Shown here: in pieces, positions 40,646 through 50,422 of the stretch
Layout of the letters: each line of letters starts with the position of its first letter
Numbering within the stretch: the stretch's first letter is position 1
Origin: an uncultured Verrucomicrobiae bacterium
GTDB lineage: Bacteria; Verrucomicrobiota; Verrucomicrobiia; Chthoniobacterales; JAATET01
Direction of reading: 5' to 3'
DNA length: 64,000 nucleotides
Assembly (NCBI GenBank): GCA_963719495.1
Contig: CAVRCI010000015.1
Coordinates: 114,948-178,947 of the forward strand
The notes under the pieces: generated by a model
Told to the model about the DNA's origin: nothing
What the model saw: the letters and a program-made list of their open reading frames with translations, nothing else
Databases searched by the model: none
Position numbers and translations under genes: made by a program

Positions 40646-41392
40646 TTAGGCGAGGGGTGGGTTTTCGATTTTGGCTCTTTCGAAGAGGTCGGCGAGGGCG
40701 TTTGCGATTTGGTCGAAGAGGATGGCGCCGGCTTCGGCGGTTGCGCGGCTGGGGAAGCCGGTGACGCCGTTCCGGCTGGTTTGGCTGACGGGATAGGAAA
40801 ATACGGTGTCGGCGGTGCGGTCGGGGTCGTCGGCTTCGGTGAGGCGGTCGGTGTGGACGAACTCGGGGCTGAGGTGGAGGAGGAGGTCGGTCTCGGCTTT
40901 GTTCGCGTGGAGGTCGGCGGCGTCGGCGGTGTAGGCCGCCCAGATTTCGGGCGTGAGGTTGAAGACGTTGTGGGTGGCGACCTGGAGTTTGCCGAGGTGG
41001 GTGGTGCGGATCGCGTCGACGGCGACGCGGAGGGCGGCGTCGTTGCCGAAGTGGGAATTAATGAACAGGAGCCGCGTCCAGCCAGTGGCTACGGCCCAAT
41101 CGGCGAGCTCGCGGACGGTTGCTATGAATGTCGCGTGGGTGAGCGAAAAAGTCCCGGGCCATTTGGCGGTGTGGCCTTGGGAAACAGTGTAGGCGAGGGC
41201 GGGGGCGACGGGGACGGCGAAGGTGGCGAGATCGGCGGCGGCGTGGCAGGCGGCTTCGACGATGCGACTGTCGGTGTCGATGGGGAGGTGGGGGCCGTGC
41301 TGCTCGGTGGCTCCGACCGGGACGACGAGGAGGCCGTTCGATTCCCTCTGCGCGGCGGGGATGTCGGGCCAGGCTTGGTGGGCTAGATGCAT
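40646..41392 (-). CDS. Creatininase-family amidohydrolase
   Basis: PVGATEQHGPHLPIDTD, NSHFGN, DLHANKAET. Confidence 0.9.
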   Translation of the reverse strand: MHLAHQAWPDIPAAQRESNGLLVVPVGATEQHGPHLPIDTDSRIVEAACHAAADLATFAVPVAPALAYTVSQGHTAKWPGTFSLTHATFIATVRELADWAVATGWTRLLFINSHFGNDAALRVAVDAIRTTHLGKLQVATHNVFNLTPEIWAAYTADAADLHANKAETDLLLHLSPEFVHTDRLTEADDPDRTADTVFSYPVSQTSRNGVTGFPSRATAEAGAILFDQIANALADLFERAKIENPPLA

Positions 41393-41428
41393 TCTATTTA
41401 TGATTTATCATTTACGATTGATGATTTT

Positions 41429-42322
41429 TTATTCGACGTCGTCGCCGGCGGCGACGAGGCGGATGTTGGGGAGGGGTTGATCTTCGGTGTGGGGGTGGAT
41501 GAGATGTTCGAGGCGGCGTTTGGTGGCTAGGTGGGGTCCCGATAAGAATTGCTCGGGATCGCGGGGGCGGGGGACGGGATTTTCGACGATCTCGAGGATG
41601 CGGGACGGATTGGCTCCGAGCACGAGGATGCGGTCGGAGAGGTGGACGGCTTCGTCGAGGTCGTGGGTGATGAAGAGGATGGTGACGTTCACGCTGCGCC
41701 AGATGTGCAGGAGGTAGGCCTGCATCTGCGCGCGGGTCTGCGCGTCGAGGGCACCGAAGGGCTCGTCCATGAGGAGGATACGGGGTTTGTTCGCGAGGGC
41801 CCGGGCGATGGCGACGCGTTGCTTCATCCCGCCGGAAAGCTCGTAGGGGTAGGCGTTCTCGAACTTCGACAGGCCGACGAGGTGAATCCATTCACGGGCT
41901 TCGGCGGCGGCGTCGAAATTCGATTTGCCGCCGACGGTCATTCCGAACATGACGTTGCGTTTGACCGTGAGCCACGGGAAGAGCGTGTAGCCCTGGAAGA
42001 CCATGCCGCGGTCGGAGCCGGGCCGGTCGACGGCCTTGCCCTTGAGCAGGACTTCGCCCGACGTCGGAAAGTCGAGTCCGGCGACGATGCGGGCGAGGGT
42101 GCTTTTGCCGCAGCCCGACGGGCCGACGATCGTGATGAATTCGCGGCGGCGGACGGTGAGCGAGATGCGGTCGAGCGCGGTAATGGCCTTGGGGCCGGTG
42201 CCGAAGATCTTGGTAACGCTGCGGCAGTCGAGGACGACGGGGCGCTCCTGGATTTGCGCGAACCGGGCGGCGACCTCGGGGTCGAGATCGCGGTAATCGG
42301 GGAGATCGAGGCTGCTGATCAT
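41429..42322 (-). CDS. ABC transporter ATP-binding protein (TauB/NrtD-like)
   Basis: [28 protein letters not shown]; start MISSLD overlaps permease stop. Confidence 0.92.
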   Translation of the reverse strand: MISSLDLPDYRDLDPEVAARFAQIQERPVVLDCRSVTKIFGTGPKAITALDRISLTVRRREFITIVGPSGCGKSTLARIVAGLDFPTSGEVLLKGKAVDRPGSDRGMVFQGYTLFPWLTVKRNVMFGMTVGGKSNFDAAAEAREWIHLVGLSKFENAYPYELSGGMKQRVAIARALANKPRILLMDEPFGALDAQTRAQMQAYLLHIWRSVNVTILFITHDLDEAVHLSDRILVLGANPSRILEIVENPVPRPRDPEQFLSGPHLATKRRLEHLIHPHTEDQPLPNIRLVAAGDDVE

Positions 42323-43356
42323 GCTTTTGCCTCCTTGAGAGCTTCCTCGGCGGCTTGATTGAGCATCAGGCGGCGGAGCAACCCGGGCTTCGTCGACTTC
42401 ACCCACGGGAAGATCTGGCGACCGAGCCAATCGAGGAATCGGTCGAACGTGAACCCGATGATGCCGATCATGATGATGGCGGCGAAGACGTTGTCGTAGA
42501 TGCGGTATTTTGCCTGCTGGTTGATGAAGTAGGTGATGCCGGACGAAGCGCCGATCAGTTCGGCGACGATGAGATAGGTCCAGGCCCAGCCGAGCAGGAT
42601 GCGCATGTCGTTGTAGAGATCGACGGCGATGGCGGGGACGATGACGCGGAAGAGGAGCTGACGTCGGTTCGTTCCAAGTGTTTGCGCGGCTTCGACGAGG
42701 GCTTGATCGACCTTGCGCGTCGTGTTCGCAATGACGAGGACCTGTTGGAAAAACGTGCCGATGACGATGATGGCAATCTTGGGGGCCTCGTAAATGCCGA
42801 CGACGGCGACCGCGAGGGCACCGAAAGCGGGGGCGGGCATGTAGCGGGTGAAATCGACGACGGGTTCGGTGAGCCGGGAAAAAATGGGAAACGTTCCGCA
42901 GAGAACGCCGAGCGGAACGCCGATGATCGAGCTGATCGTGAAGCCCCAGAAGATGACCTGGATGCTTTGCCAGAGGCTTTCGTGCAGCCATTTTTCGCCC
43001 TTGCGGCGTGGCGGTGCGGTGAAGCTTTTGTAGAAGGATTCGACGACCTCGTGGGGCGCCGGGAGAAAAATCGGGTTGGCCGGAACGCCGTCGGCGACGG
43101 CCTGATTGGTGTCGCGCATCTTCGCGTTTTCGGCCGTGAAGACCTTGCGGTCGACGAGCGTGCCTTCGCGGAAGTAGGAGACATCACCGGGGACGGTGAT
43201 TTTCACCAGCGGATGCCAGATGAAGGGGGTGTAGCTGACGATGGACCAGACGACGAGAGGGAGGAGAAAGGACGCCCAGAGGAGCAGGGTCTGCTGGAGC
43301 GGTGGGACTTCGCCAAATGGCACGAACCAAGGTCTTCGCGGCGAGGTCGTCGGCAT
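42319..43356 (-). CDS. ABC transporter permease (TauC/SsuC-like)
   Basis: [20 protein letters not shown] loop, [11 protein letters not shown]. Confidence 0.9.
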   Translation of the reverse strand: MPTTSPRRPWFVPFGEVPPLQQTLLLWASFLLPLVVWSIVSYTPFIWHPLVKITVPGDVSYFREGTLVDRKVFTAENAKMRDTNQAVADGVPANPIFLPAPHEVVESFYKSFTAPPRRKGEKWLHESLWQSIQVIFWGFTISSIIGVPLGVLCGTFPIFSRLTEPVVDFTRYMPAPAFGALAVAVVGIYEAPKIAIIVIGTFFQQVLVIANTTRKVDQALVEAAQTLGTNRRQLLFRVIVPAIAVDLYNDMRILLGWAWTYLIVAELIGASSGITYFINQQAKYRIYDNVFAAIIMIGIIGFTFDRFLDWLGRQIFPWVKSTKPGLLRRLMLNQAAEEALKEAKA

Positions 43357-43423
43357 GATTTTTCCTGGGCTGCGCCGAGGAGAAACGGGGATCGAACCCG
43401 TTTCTCCAACCGAAACGAGTGTC

Positions 43424-44422
43424 CTACAACTCGTTCGTGATGGACGGATCGATGTAGTCGGCCGTCGGCTCGGGGTCGGTGTAGACCTGATTCGCCACGT
43501 TGAACTCGTCGACGATGACGTTCGAGCCGTAGACCGAACCCATCCCCTCCGTCTCTTTCAAACGCTCCTTCGCCTCGTCCAGTTTGAGGATTTTGGTGCC
43601 CTCGATGAACTTCGCGTATTCGGCAGGTTCGAGGTTCACGCGGGACGCCATGATCGCGATGGCGTCATCGCGGGTGGCTGGATCGTAGAGGTAGTCGACC
43701 GCTTGATACCACACCTTGGCCACTTTTTTCCAATCCTCACGATGGGCGGAAAGGCTCGATGGGCTGACGGCGAGCACGTCGTAGATGAGGCCGGGGACGT
43801 CAGCGCTGGTGTAGATCGCCTTGGAGCCGGGGACGGCTTTGAGGGCCTGGCCGGAGTTCGGCTGCCAGGCACCGATGGCGTCGACTTCGCCGGACGCGAG
43901 CACCTTGGCGGTCTCGTTGGTGGGCACGTTGACGAGCTCCACGTCGGCCTCGGTCATGCCGTTCGCTTCGAGGGCCTTGAGCAAGAGGAGGTGGACGACG
44001 TAGCCGACTTCCACACCGACTTTTTTACCCTTCAGGTCTTTGATCGACTCGATGCCGGGCTGACCGACAATCATGTCGTTGCCGTTCGAGAAGTCATTGA
44101 TGATGATCGCGCGGCTGGGCGCTCCGGTCGCGCCGGTCACGAGCGCGTCGCCGTTCGTCATCGCGACGGCGTCGAGTTGGCCGGCGGCGAAGGCCTCCAT
44201 GGAGGGGACGTATTCGAACCATTCGAACTGAACGTCCACGCCTGCTTCCTTGAACCAGTCTTTCTGGATGGCGATTTCCCACGCGACCCAGCCCGGCCAA
44301 TCGGAGTAACCGATCTTCAATGGCTCGGCCGACGCTGTCCCGAGCAGAGCGAGGGAGGCGGCGGCGGTCGTGATGGCAGCGAGGCTGCGGCGACGGAAGG
44401 AGTTTAGGAGCTTCATGGTCAT
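43424..44422 (-). CDS. ABC transporter substrate-binding protein (SsuA/NMT1-like)
   Basis: Signal peptide then [31 protein letters not shown]. Confidence 0.9.
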   Translation of the reverse strand: MTMKLLNSFRRRSLAAITTAAASLALLGTASAEPLKIGYSDWPGWVAWEIAIQKDWFKEAGVDVQFEWFEYVPSMEAFAAGQLDAVAMTNGDALVTGATGAPSRAIIINDFSNGNDMIVGQPGIESIKDLKGKKVGVEVGYVVHLLLLKALEANGMTEADVELVNVPTNETAKVLASGEVDAIGAWQPNSGQALKAVPGSKAIYTSADVPGLIYDVLAVSPSSLSAHREDWKKVAKVWYQAVDYLYDPATRDDAIAIMASRVNLEPAEYAKFIEGTKILKLDEAKERLKETEGMGSVYGSNVIVDEFNVANQVYTDPEPTADYIDPSITNEL

Positions 44423-44468
44423 ATTTGGATTGGGTATTACGATGAGTGCATCGAATAATACCGGTTGG

Positions 44469-44484
44469 AGCACGTGCCGTGCCA
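44469..44484 (-). promoter_or_regulatory. Sigma-54 -24/-12 promoter
   Basis: Minus strand TGGCACGGCACGTGCT, GG-N10-GC, 46 bp upstream of the SBP start. Confidence 0.7.
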
Positions 44485-44513
44485 CGGGAATCCGGGTCGG
44501 GGTTCCCAAATAC

Positions 44514-44550
44514 GAAAATGGGAGAAGCTCCGAGGAGCTTCTCCCATTTC
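44514..44550 (-). terminator. Rho-independent terminator of histone-like gene
   Basis: aaatgggagaagctcc-ga-ggagcttctcccattt long perfect stem, T-rich tail on minus strand. Confidence 0.8.
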
Positions 44551-44587
44551 TGAACTCGGACTCCGGTGGAACCGGAGGAGAGATCGA

Positions 44588-44956
44588 TTATTTCTTGCTC
44601 TTCTTGGCGGCTGCTTTTTTCGCAGGGGCCTTGGCGGCCTTCTTGGGGGCAGCCTTGGCTTTCGCGGCTGGAGCCTTCTTGGCGGCTGCCTTTGGAGCTG
44701 GAGCCTTCTTGGCTGCGGCTCTCTTAGGCGCGGCTTTCTTGGCTGGTGCCTTGGCCGCCGGTGCTTTCTTCGCCGGAGCGGCCTTTTTCGCTGGAGCCGC
44801 CTTGGCGGCTGGCTTCTTGGCGGCCGGCTTTGGAGTCACCGTTTTTTTGGCGGCTGGCTTCTTGGCTGGCGCGGCCTTGGCCACTGGCGCTTTCTTGGCC
44901 GGAGCCTTTTTAGCGGCTGGTTTCTTGGCTGCTGGTTTTTTCTTAGTTGCTGGCAT
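44588..44956 (-). CDS. Histone H1-like Lys/Ala/Pro-rich DNA-binding protein
   Basis: Almost entirely PAKK/AAKK repeats; AAAGGGGG RBS upstream; own terminator. Confidence 0.85.
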   Translation of the reverse strand: MPATKKKPAAKKPAAKKAPAKKAPVAKAAPAKKPAAKKTVTPKPAAKKPAAKAAPAKKAAPAKKAPAAKAPAKKAAPKRAAAKKAPAPKAAAKKAPAAKAKAAPKKAAKAPAKKAAAKKSKK

Positions 44957-44992
44957 TCTGTATCCCCCCTTTCGGTCCGCGAGTGCGGAAAA

Positions 44993-45033
44993 TGTGAAAA
45001 CAATGTGAATAACTCACGTTTCATTGTGAATAA
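44993..45033 (-). promoter_or_regulatory. Two consensus DnaA boxes (TTATTCACA) plus one 8/9 box
   Basis: tgtgaataa at 45004-45012 and 45025-45033; tgtgaaaac at 44993-45001; match to TTWTNCACA. Confidence 0.45.
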
Positions 45034-45310
45034 GGAGTTCACTGAAATGCGTCAACGGTTTTCTCTGGCTGCGGGTGATCATGGTCGGAATTAGATCGTG
45101 CGGAATCTGGCTGAGGCACGCGCCGCGGAATTCCCGGACTTGTGTTCGGCCTGAGTGATTCGTGGTCAAGGCGGAACAGATTTTTGCCCCGGCAGACACC
45201 AAGCGCGTCGCACAGCGACGCGGATCGAGGGTCCATTGGAGGACTCGAACCCTTCGGCGAGTTGAAGTCGGCGGTCTTGACAACTTTGACAACCGTAACC
45301 TCCTAGCAGC

Positions 45311-45520
45311 ATGAAATCCCTTACTATTGCTACGATTGATGCCCGAATTCTGGATGATTTGAATCGTCTCGGGCGGGAGGAACGGCGGTCGCGGAGTCAG
45401 ACCTTCGAGATCGCGTCGGACGAGTTTCTAAGGGGCCGCTTTCAGCCGGACAGCGAGATCGTCACGTCCGGGGGGTGCTTTGCGGGCCGATTCAATCGGG
45501 AGGAAACTTATGATCGTTGA
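45311..45520 (+). CDS. CopG/RHH-type antitoxin-like protein
   Basis: ILDDLNRL...RRSRSQ RHH pattern, C-terminal REETYDR overlapping a PIN-like start; TTGACAAC direct repeat upstream. Confidence 0.6.
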   Translation: MKSLTIATIDARILDDLNRLGREERRSRSQTFEIASDEFLRGRFQPDSEIVTSGGCFAGRFNREETYDR

Positions 45521-45554
45521 GGAGCTCACGGGCCGCGTGCTGATCGACACGAAC
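45510..45554 (+). pseudogene. Truncated PIN toxin 5' end
   Basis: MIVEELTGRVLIDTN (PIN strand 1), then sequence switches to an inverted antitoxin remnant. Confidence 0.5.
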
Positions 45555-45680
45555 TCGCGGGCTTTCTTGCAACCGATGAATTCGGTGACGGCCCGGGCGA
45601 CGGCGGGGTTTTCCTTCTTCTCGCCGGTGATCCGGGCCAAGTCCTCGAGGACGAATTCGTCCGGATCAACGGTGATTCGA
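45551..45680 (-). pseudogene. VapB-like antitoxin remnant
   Basis: RITVDPDEFVLEDLARITGEKKENPAVARAVTEF...AREF without a proper start or end. Confidence 0.5.
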
Positions 45681-46031
45681 TCGCTTGGAAATTCACCGAA
45701 AAGCATCGAATAGTCCGGAAGTTTGCTGCAAACCGAGGATTGCGAAGGCGGCTTGCGCACCGAAACCAGCGACGGAGCGCCGGGATGAGATCGAGAGCGC
45801 GTCCTGTTCGGTCGGAGAGTCGTACGAAACCCAACAACGCGTGACCGAGGGTGCACCAGGATGCCGACGACGAATCAGCGGGATCTCGCCGCGATCCGAC
45901 GGCTGTCGGCATCGGATCACCCGCTTCATCCGAGCGCCCCTTAGCCCAATAACTCACCTCCTCCCAAGTCCCCGCGGCATCGACCGATAAAACGTAACGG
46001 CCGTTACGTTTTATCGGGGGCGGATTCATTG

Positions 46032-46757
46032 CAGCAGTTTTCATTTTGGGGTAGCGGCAGACAGGGGGGAGATGTGAGAGGGTTGGAGCAAAGGGATGAG
46101 CGTGGAGTGGCCGCCGGGATTGATGGGCGGCGGGGCGGGACGGGTACAGGCTGCGCCAGCGCGGCAGGCTGACGCGCGATTGGCCGCAAGAATGGGGTTC
46201 AGTTTCGAAGTGAGGCGTAGGGGCCGATTTCCAGACCCCGGAGCAGGAAGTCCATGAGATGGTCCCAGCTTTCGAAGTGCAGGTAGGTGGTGAGCGTGCG
46301 GATGTGCTCGAAGAACTTGCGCCGAGCGCCCACGGCGGAGCGAACGAGGCGGTAGTTGCCGTCGGTGAGTTCGAGCAGGGTGTCGTTGCCGGTGTGGTAG
46401 CGCTCGGCGTTGGCGACAAGCCAGCGCGTGGCCGCGGCGATCAAAGCAGTCCTGCTTGGAGTGGCCGTCCTGCGGGACGACGAACTCCGGGCGCAAGGGC
46501 ACGACTTGGGAGTGTCCGGGGCTCACCATGACAGGGGTCAGCGCGCTGTGGTGATGCGTCGTGCATCCATTGGTGTGCTCGATGCGCGAGCAGTGCGGGC
46601 AGTGGATGTTTTCGGACTGGGAGGAAAAATACCAAGTGCCGTCCAAGGCTATGTCGTAGCATTCGCGCCACTTCGAGTGCCGCCCTCCAATTCACCTCCC
46701 CATCGAGTCAGCCGACCGCCCTCTGGAACTTCAACAATGCCAAAATGAGAATTGCTG
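46032..46757 (-). mobile_element. Internally deleted IS (ISNCY-like DDE transposase remnant) with intact terminal IRs
   Basis: 17-bp IRs cagcagttttcattttg / caaaatgagaattgctg (15/17); DGTWYFSS..IHCPHC, PEFVVPQDGHSKQDC, frameshift, AAATRW, C-terminal RRKFFEHIRTLT..F.SW. Confidence 0.8.
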
Positions 46758-46917
46758 GGATTGGAACGCGTTTTCTGGGTGGGTAGGACGCCGATTTCGG
46801 ATCGTCCAGAATTCTTTCACATCCCGCGCTCGTTTTCGCCGAGCGCGGAACGAAGTTTGGTTTTGATGGCTCAACGCCCGGCTCGGCGATACGGTTCGGA
46901 AAAACTCAGCCCTCCCC

Positions 46918-48321
46918 ATGAACTCGATTGTCCCCCCGGACCGGCGTCAGTTTCGCTTCGTCGCTCTTATTAGTATCGTCGCCACGATTGGCGGATTTCT
47001 CTTCGGTTTCGATTCCGGCGTCATCAACGGAACCGTCGACGGACTCGAGACTGCGTTTCGCTCCGACAGTGTCGCGACGGGTTTCAACGTCGCGTCGATG
47101 CTGCTCGGGTGCGCGGCGGGTGCGTTCCTGGCTGGCTGGCTGGCCGACCGTTTTGGGCGAAGGTCGATTCTCATCGTGGCGTCGGTTCTCTTCGCGGCGA
47201 GCGCGTGGGGATCGGGCATCGCGGCGTCCTCGGGGGAATTCATTTTCTACCGTGTGCTCGGCGGCCTCGCGGTCGGAGCGGCCTCGGTGCTGGCACCGGC
47301 CTACATCAGCGAAGTCTCGCCGGCGCAGTGGCGCGGGCGGTTGGCCTCGATCCAGCAAATCGCGATCATTCTCGGGCTGTTCACGGCGTTTTTGAGCAAC
47401 TACCTGATCGCGAATGCCGCTGGGAGTTCGTTGGCGATCCTGGCCTGGGGATACGAGGCGTGGCGGTGGATGTTCTGGGTCGAGCTGGTTCCGGCGGTCA
47501 CGTTCTTCGGGGCGTTGCTGTTCATTCCCGAGAGTCCGCGGTTCCTCGTCGCACGTGGCCATCGCGAGCGGGCGGTCGACGTCCTGCGGCGGCTCATGGG
47601 GGATCGCGCCGAACAGAAATACGACGAGATCCGCGCGTCGCTCGCGAACGATCACCGGCCCCGCCTCCGGGATCTCTTAGGTCCACGAGGTGTCCGGCCG
47701 ATCGTGTGGATCGGGATTGGTTTGGCCATCTTACAACAGCTGGTCGGCATCAACGTCGTCTTCTACTACGGATCGGTCCTGTGGCAGTCCGCCGGATTCC
47801 CGGAGAGCGAGGCGCTCCTGATCAACGTCATCTCCGGCGGCGTGAGCATCGGCGCGTGCGTGGCGGCGATCCTCCTCATCGACCGGATCGGACGCCGTCC
47901 GATCCTGCTCATTGGCTCGCTCGGGATGTTCGTGACGCTGGCGGTGCTCGCGACGGTGTTCGGACTGGCTGGGACGGACGCCGCGGGGAATCTCGCGCTC
48001 ACCGGTAGCGCCGGGCCGGTCGCGCTGATCGCGGCGAATCTTTACGTGATCTGCTTCAATTTTTCGTGGGGCCCGGTGATGTGGGTCATGCTCGGCGAGA
48101 TGTTTCCCAATCAGATCCGCGGCTCCGGCCTCGCGGTCGCCGGGCTAAGTCAATGGCTCGCCAACTTCGCGATCACGATCACCTTCCCGCCCATGCTCAA
48201 GGGCATCGGGTTGGGTGGGGCCTACGGCATCTACGCCGCCTTCGCGTTCGTCTCGATCTTCTTCGTCCTCCGGTTCATCCGCGAGACCAAGGGCCGCGAA
48301 CTCGAGGAAATGGAAGGCTGA
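46918..48321 (+). CDS. Sugar porter family MFS transporter (GlcP/XylE-like)
   Basis: GGFLFGFDSGVING, DRFGRR, PESPR, QQLVGINVVFYY, WGPVMWVMLGEMFP, ETKGRELE. Confidence 0.95.
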   Translation: MNSIVPPDRRQFRFVALISIVATIGGFLFGFDSGVINGTVDGLETAFRSDSVATGFNVASMLLGCAAGAFLAGWLADRFGRRSILIVASVLFAASAWGSGIAASSGEFIFYRVLGGLAVGAASVLAPAYISEVSPAQWRGRLASIQQIAIILGLFTAFLSNYLIANAAGSSLAILAWGYEAWRWMFWVELVPAVTFFGALLFIPESPRFLVARGHRERAVDVLRRLMGDRAEQKYDEIRASLANDHRPRLRDLLGPRGVRPIVWIGIGLAILQQLVGINVVFYYGSVLWQSAGFPESEALLINVISGGVSIGACVAAILLIDRIGRRPILLIGSLGMFVTLAVLATVFGLAGTDAAGNLALTGSAGPVALIAANLYVICFNFSWGPVMWVMLGEMFPNQIRGSGLAVAGLSQWLANFAITITFPPMLKGIGLGGAYGIYAAFAFVSIFFVLRFIRETKGRELEEMEG

Positions 48322-48355
48322 CGGAGGGGCGAAGGCAACCTGCCGAGAGCAAAAG

Positions 48356-48408
48356 TGCTCGAGGAGGGACTTGAACCCACACTCCTTGCGGAACCAGATC
48401 CTAAGTCT
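48356..48408 (-). other. 3' half of tRNA-Leu(TAG): island attachment site (att duplication)
   Basis: Minus strand AGA-CTTAGGA-TCTGG-TTCCGCAAGGAG-T-GTGGG-TTCAAGT-CCCTC-CTCGAGC-A: anticodon loop, long variable arm, T arm, acceptor 3' strand; no D arm upstream; integrase 54 bp away. Confidence 0.85.
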
Positions 48409-48462
48409 TCTGATTTCACTCTGTAACTTGACTCGATGGGAAAGAAATGGGAAAGATTTTGA

Positions 48463-49719
48463 ATGCCTTCTTCCCAAGCGCAGCCTCGCCGTCCCGCATT
48501 GATAGCGAACTTGCCGACGGGAGTGAACGTTTATCGTGATGGAGACGCTGGCGTTCGCGTCATGTTGGGAAAGAAGTTCACCGGCACAACTGTCGTGAAG
48601 CGGCGATTTCCGTCCCGAAAAGCGGCGAAGGAATTTATCTTTGGGCCGGAAGCGAGCAAATTGCGGGACGGGACCCCCGGGGTGGTCGATCTCAAACGCG
48701 ACCTCGGCTCGACGGGTATCGACGTGCCCAAAGGGATTTTTGCCGAAGCGATTGCCGCTTCGGATGAACTGAGAAAATCTCACGCCCCTGGGGGCCTGCT
48801 CGAGGCCGTGAGGTTCTATGTGAAGCACACCGCCACAGCCGGGACGTGGACCATTGCAGAGGCGTGGAATGCCTTGGAGCGGGATCTCCTGCGCAAAAAT
48901 CGCGACGAAAAATACCGCAACGGGCTCGGGTGGACATACGGTCGATTATCGGAAGATTTTCCAAAATCGCTGATCAGCGGCATCACGAAATCCGAAATTC
49001 TCGATTGGCTTGACGAAGAGAATTTCTCTTCCGCGACGCGAAACAACTACATCCGAGACCTCAAGATTCTGTTTAACTTCGCTGCGCGTGAGAAGAGGCT
49101 CGCTCTGAATCCACTCGCTGAAATCAGTCGCGAAGAGGTGCCCGGTGATGAAGTGAGCGTTCTTTCGATTCGCGATATCGCACGCGTTCTCGTGGCAGCG
49201 AGCCACATCCCGGAGATGAAAACGGCCACCGCGTTGAAGTTTTTCGCGGGCCTCAGGACATCAGAGGTCCAACGGCTGGACTGGTCCGAAGTCAAGTCGG
49301 ATACGATCATCGTCGCAGCTAAAAAGGCCAAAACCCGATCGAGGAGACCGGTCTCCATTTCCCGAAATTTGTCTCTGTGGTTGGCCGAAGATGCTCGACG
49401 AACCGAAGCCCCCGCCCCGACGGGCGCTGATTGGCGGCGGCACTTTGCGCTCTTGAAATGGCTGAGCGGAATCGACCCTTGGCCGAGAAACTGCCAACGG
49501 CACGGCTATGGATCTTACCATCTCGCTTTGCACAAAAACGAGAATCTAACGGCGATGGAGATGGGAAACACTCCAGATATTGTTGTGAGGCATTATCGGG
49601 CAGTGATCGATTCACCGAAAGACGTGGAGACTTTTTGGAATTTGAATCCCGGGAATATCGAAGACTTCGCTCAGCTCGACGAGGGATTTGAAGGAAGGCT
49701 TCAGCAATTTCTTCGGTAA
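48463..49719 (+). CDS. Tyrosine integrase
   Basis: FAGLRTSE (R), AKT (K), RNCQRHGYGSY, EMGNT, RHY (Y); SAM-like core-binding region ATRNNYIRDLKILFNFA. Confidence 0.92.
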   Translation: MPSSQAQPRRPALIANLPTGVNVYRDGDAGVRVMLGKKFTGTTVVKRRFPSRKAAKEFIFGPEASKLRDGTPGVVDLKRDLGSTGIDVPKGIFAEAIAASDELRKSHAPGGLLEAVRFYVKHTATAGTWTIAEAWNALERDLLRKNRDEKYRNGLGWTYGRLSEDFPKSLISGITKSEILDWLDEENFSSATRNNYIRDLKILFNFAAREKRLALNPLAEISREEVPGDEVSVLSIRDIARVLVAASHIPEMKTATALKFFAGLRTSEVQRLDWSEVKSDTIIVAAKKAKTRSRRPVSISRNLSLWLAEDARRTEAPAPTGADWRRHFALLKWLSGIDPWPRNCQRHGYGSYHLALHKNENLTAMEMGNTPDIVVRHYRAVIDSPKDVETFWNLNPGNIEDFAQLDEGFEGRLQQFLR

Positions 49720-50134
49720 TTGCGATTTGAAGTGATCGGACAGGGGTCACTTGAGACTCGCAATCTGTGCATTGGCATCCCTCCTAGTGCAGAATGTCGG
49801 GTAGAAAGCCACCGGAAACGTTGACGCCTGAAACAGATGTTCTGTTTCGCCCGCTGGATGACAGCAATTCACCCATCATCGCCAATGCTCCCGGCAAAGG
49901 TTCGATGAATCAGCTCAGGCATTAAATGTCTGACGATACCGCTTCAACGGAAGGGAGCACCGTGGCGGATTTCGCAATTGCCTTGTCCGTAAATGTTCGG
50001 AAAATAATTTTTGATTCGTGTAAGAAAATACCGATCTATAAAAGCTAACTAGTTCACGTTCAGAGATATAGGATTCATAAAAATTCTTTCGCGCCCCCTT
50101 GTCGGTTTGGTGCCATATCGGGAATCCTATCTAA

Positions 50135-50422
50135 GTGACTTCGAATTCCCAGCCCTCCGCGCCAACCATCCTTGTGGATGGTATCCGCCCGGCTGCTGTG
50201 GATAAAGCCCGCGCTGCGATCTACATCGGATGTCCCAAGCTTGTGGAACGCATGCTCTGGGCAGCCCGTCATTGCCCAAGAGATCCTTGGATCAAGATTG
50301 CGCACAACGCAGCGGGCACTCCGAAGGCCAAAACCCTAATCGATGCTCGAAGTCTCGAGCGCGCCTATCTCCGCATACTTTGCGGAGAGGAGCCACCTGT
50401 AATTGGAAAGGTAAAAAAATGA
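50135..50422 (+). CDS. Excisionase-like / small HTH DNA-binding protein
   Basis: PAAVDKARAAIYIG.PKLVERML...TLIDARSLERA; first gene of the ATGA-coupled operon. Confidence 0.55.
   Translation: MTSNSQPSAPTILVDGIRPAAVDKARAAIYIGCPKLVERMLWAARHCPRDPWIKIAHNAAGTPKAKTLIDARSLERAYLRILCGEEPPVIGKVKK

Noticed and set aside
44423..44468. Guanidine riboswitch ahead of the ABC substrate-binding gene
   Set aside because: Leader after the sigma-54 motif is only about 35 nt, with no ykkC or ACGR twin-hairpin pattern
44993..45033. DnaA boxes as chromosomal oriC
   Set aside because: Only two or three boxes, no clear unwinding element, and no dnaA/dnaN/gidA context
45225..45260. GGTTCGAGTCC T-loop-like motif on the minus strand as a tRNA
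   Set aside because: T stem pairs poorly and no acceptor, D or anticodon arm can be folded
45720..46031. Minus-strand reading RYVLSVDAAGTWEEVSYW beside the IS as a gene
   Set aside because: May be an interrupted gene fragment, but no family recognised and no reliable start
3500..48000. Many long Arg/Pro-rich ORFs in the six-frame track (e.g. 14564-16882, 18100-19758, 20182-21918, 38117-39763)
   Set aside because: Shadow or antisense frames of well-supported genes in high-GC DNA; no family motifs
48356..48440. Complete tRNA-Leu gene
   Set aside because: Upstream sequence gives only a partial acceptor match (CATCGAG), no D arm GG, and 3 of 5 anticodon stem pairs; treated as att fragment
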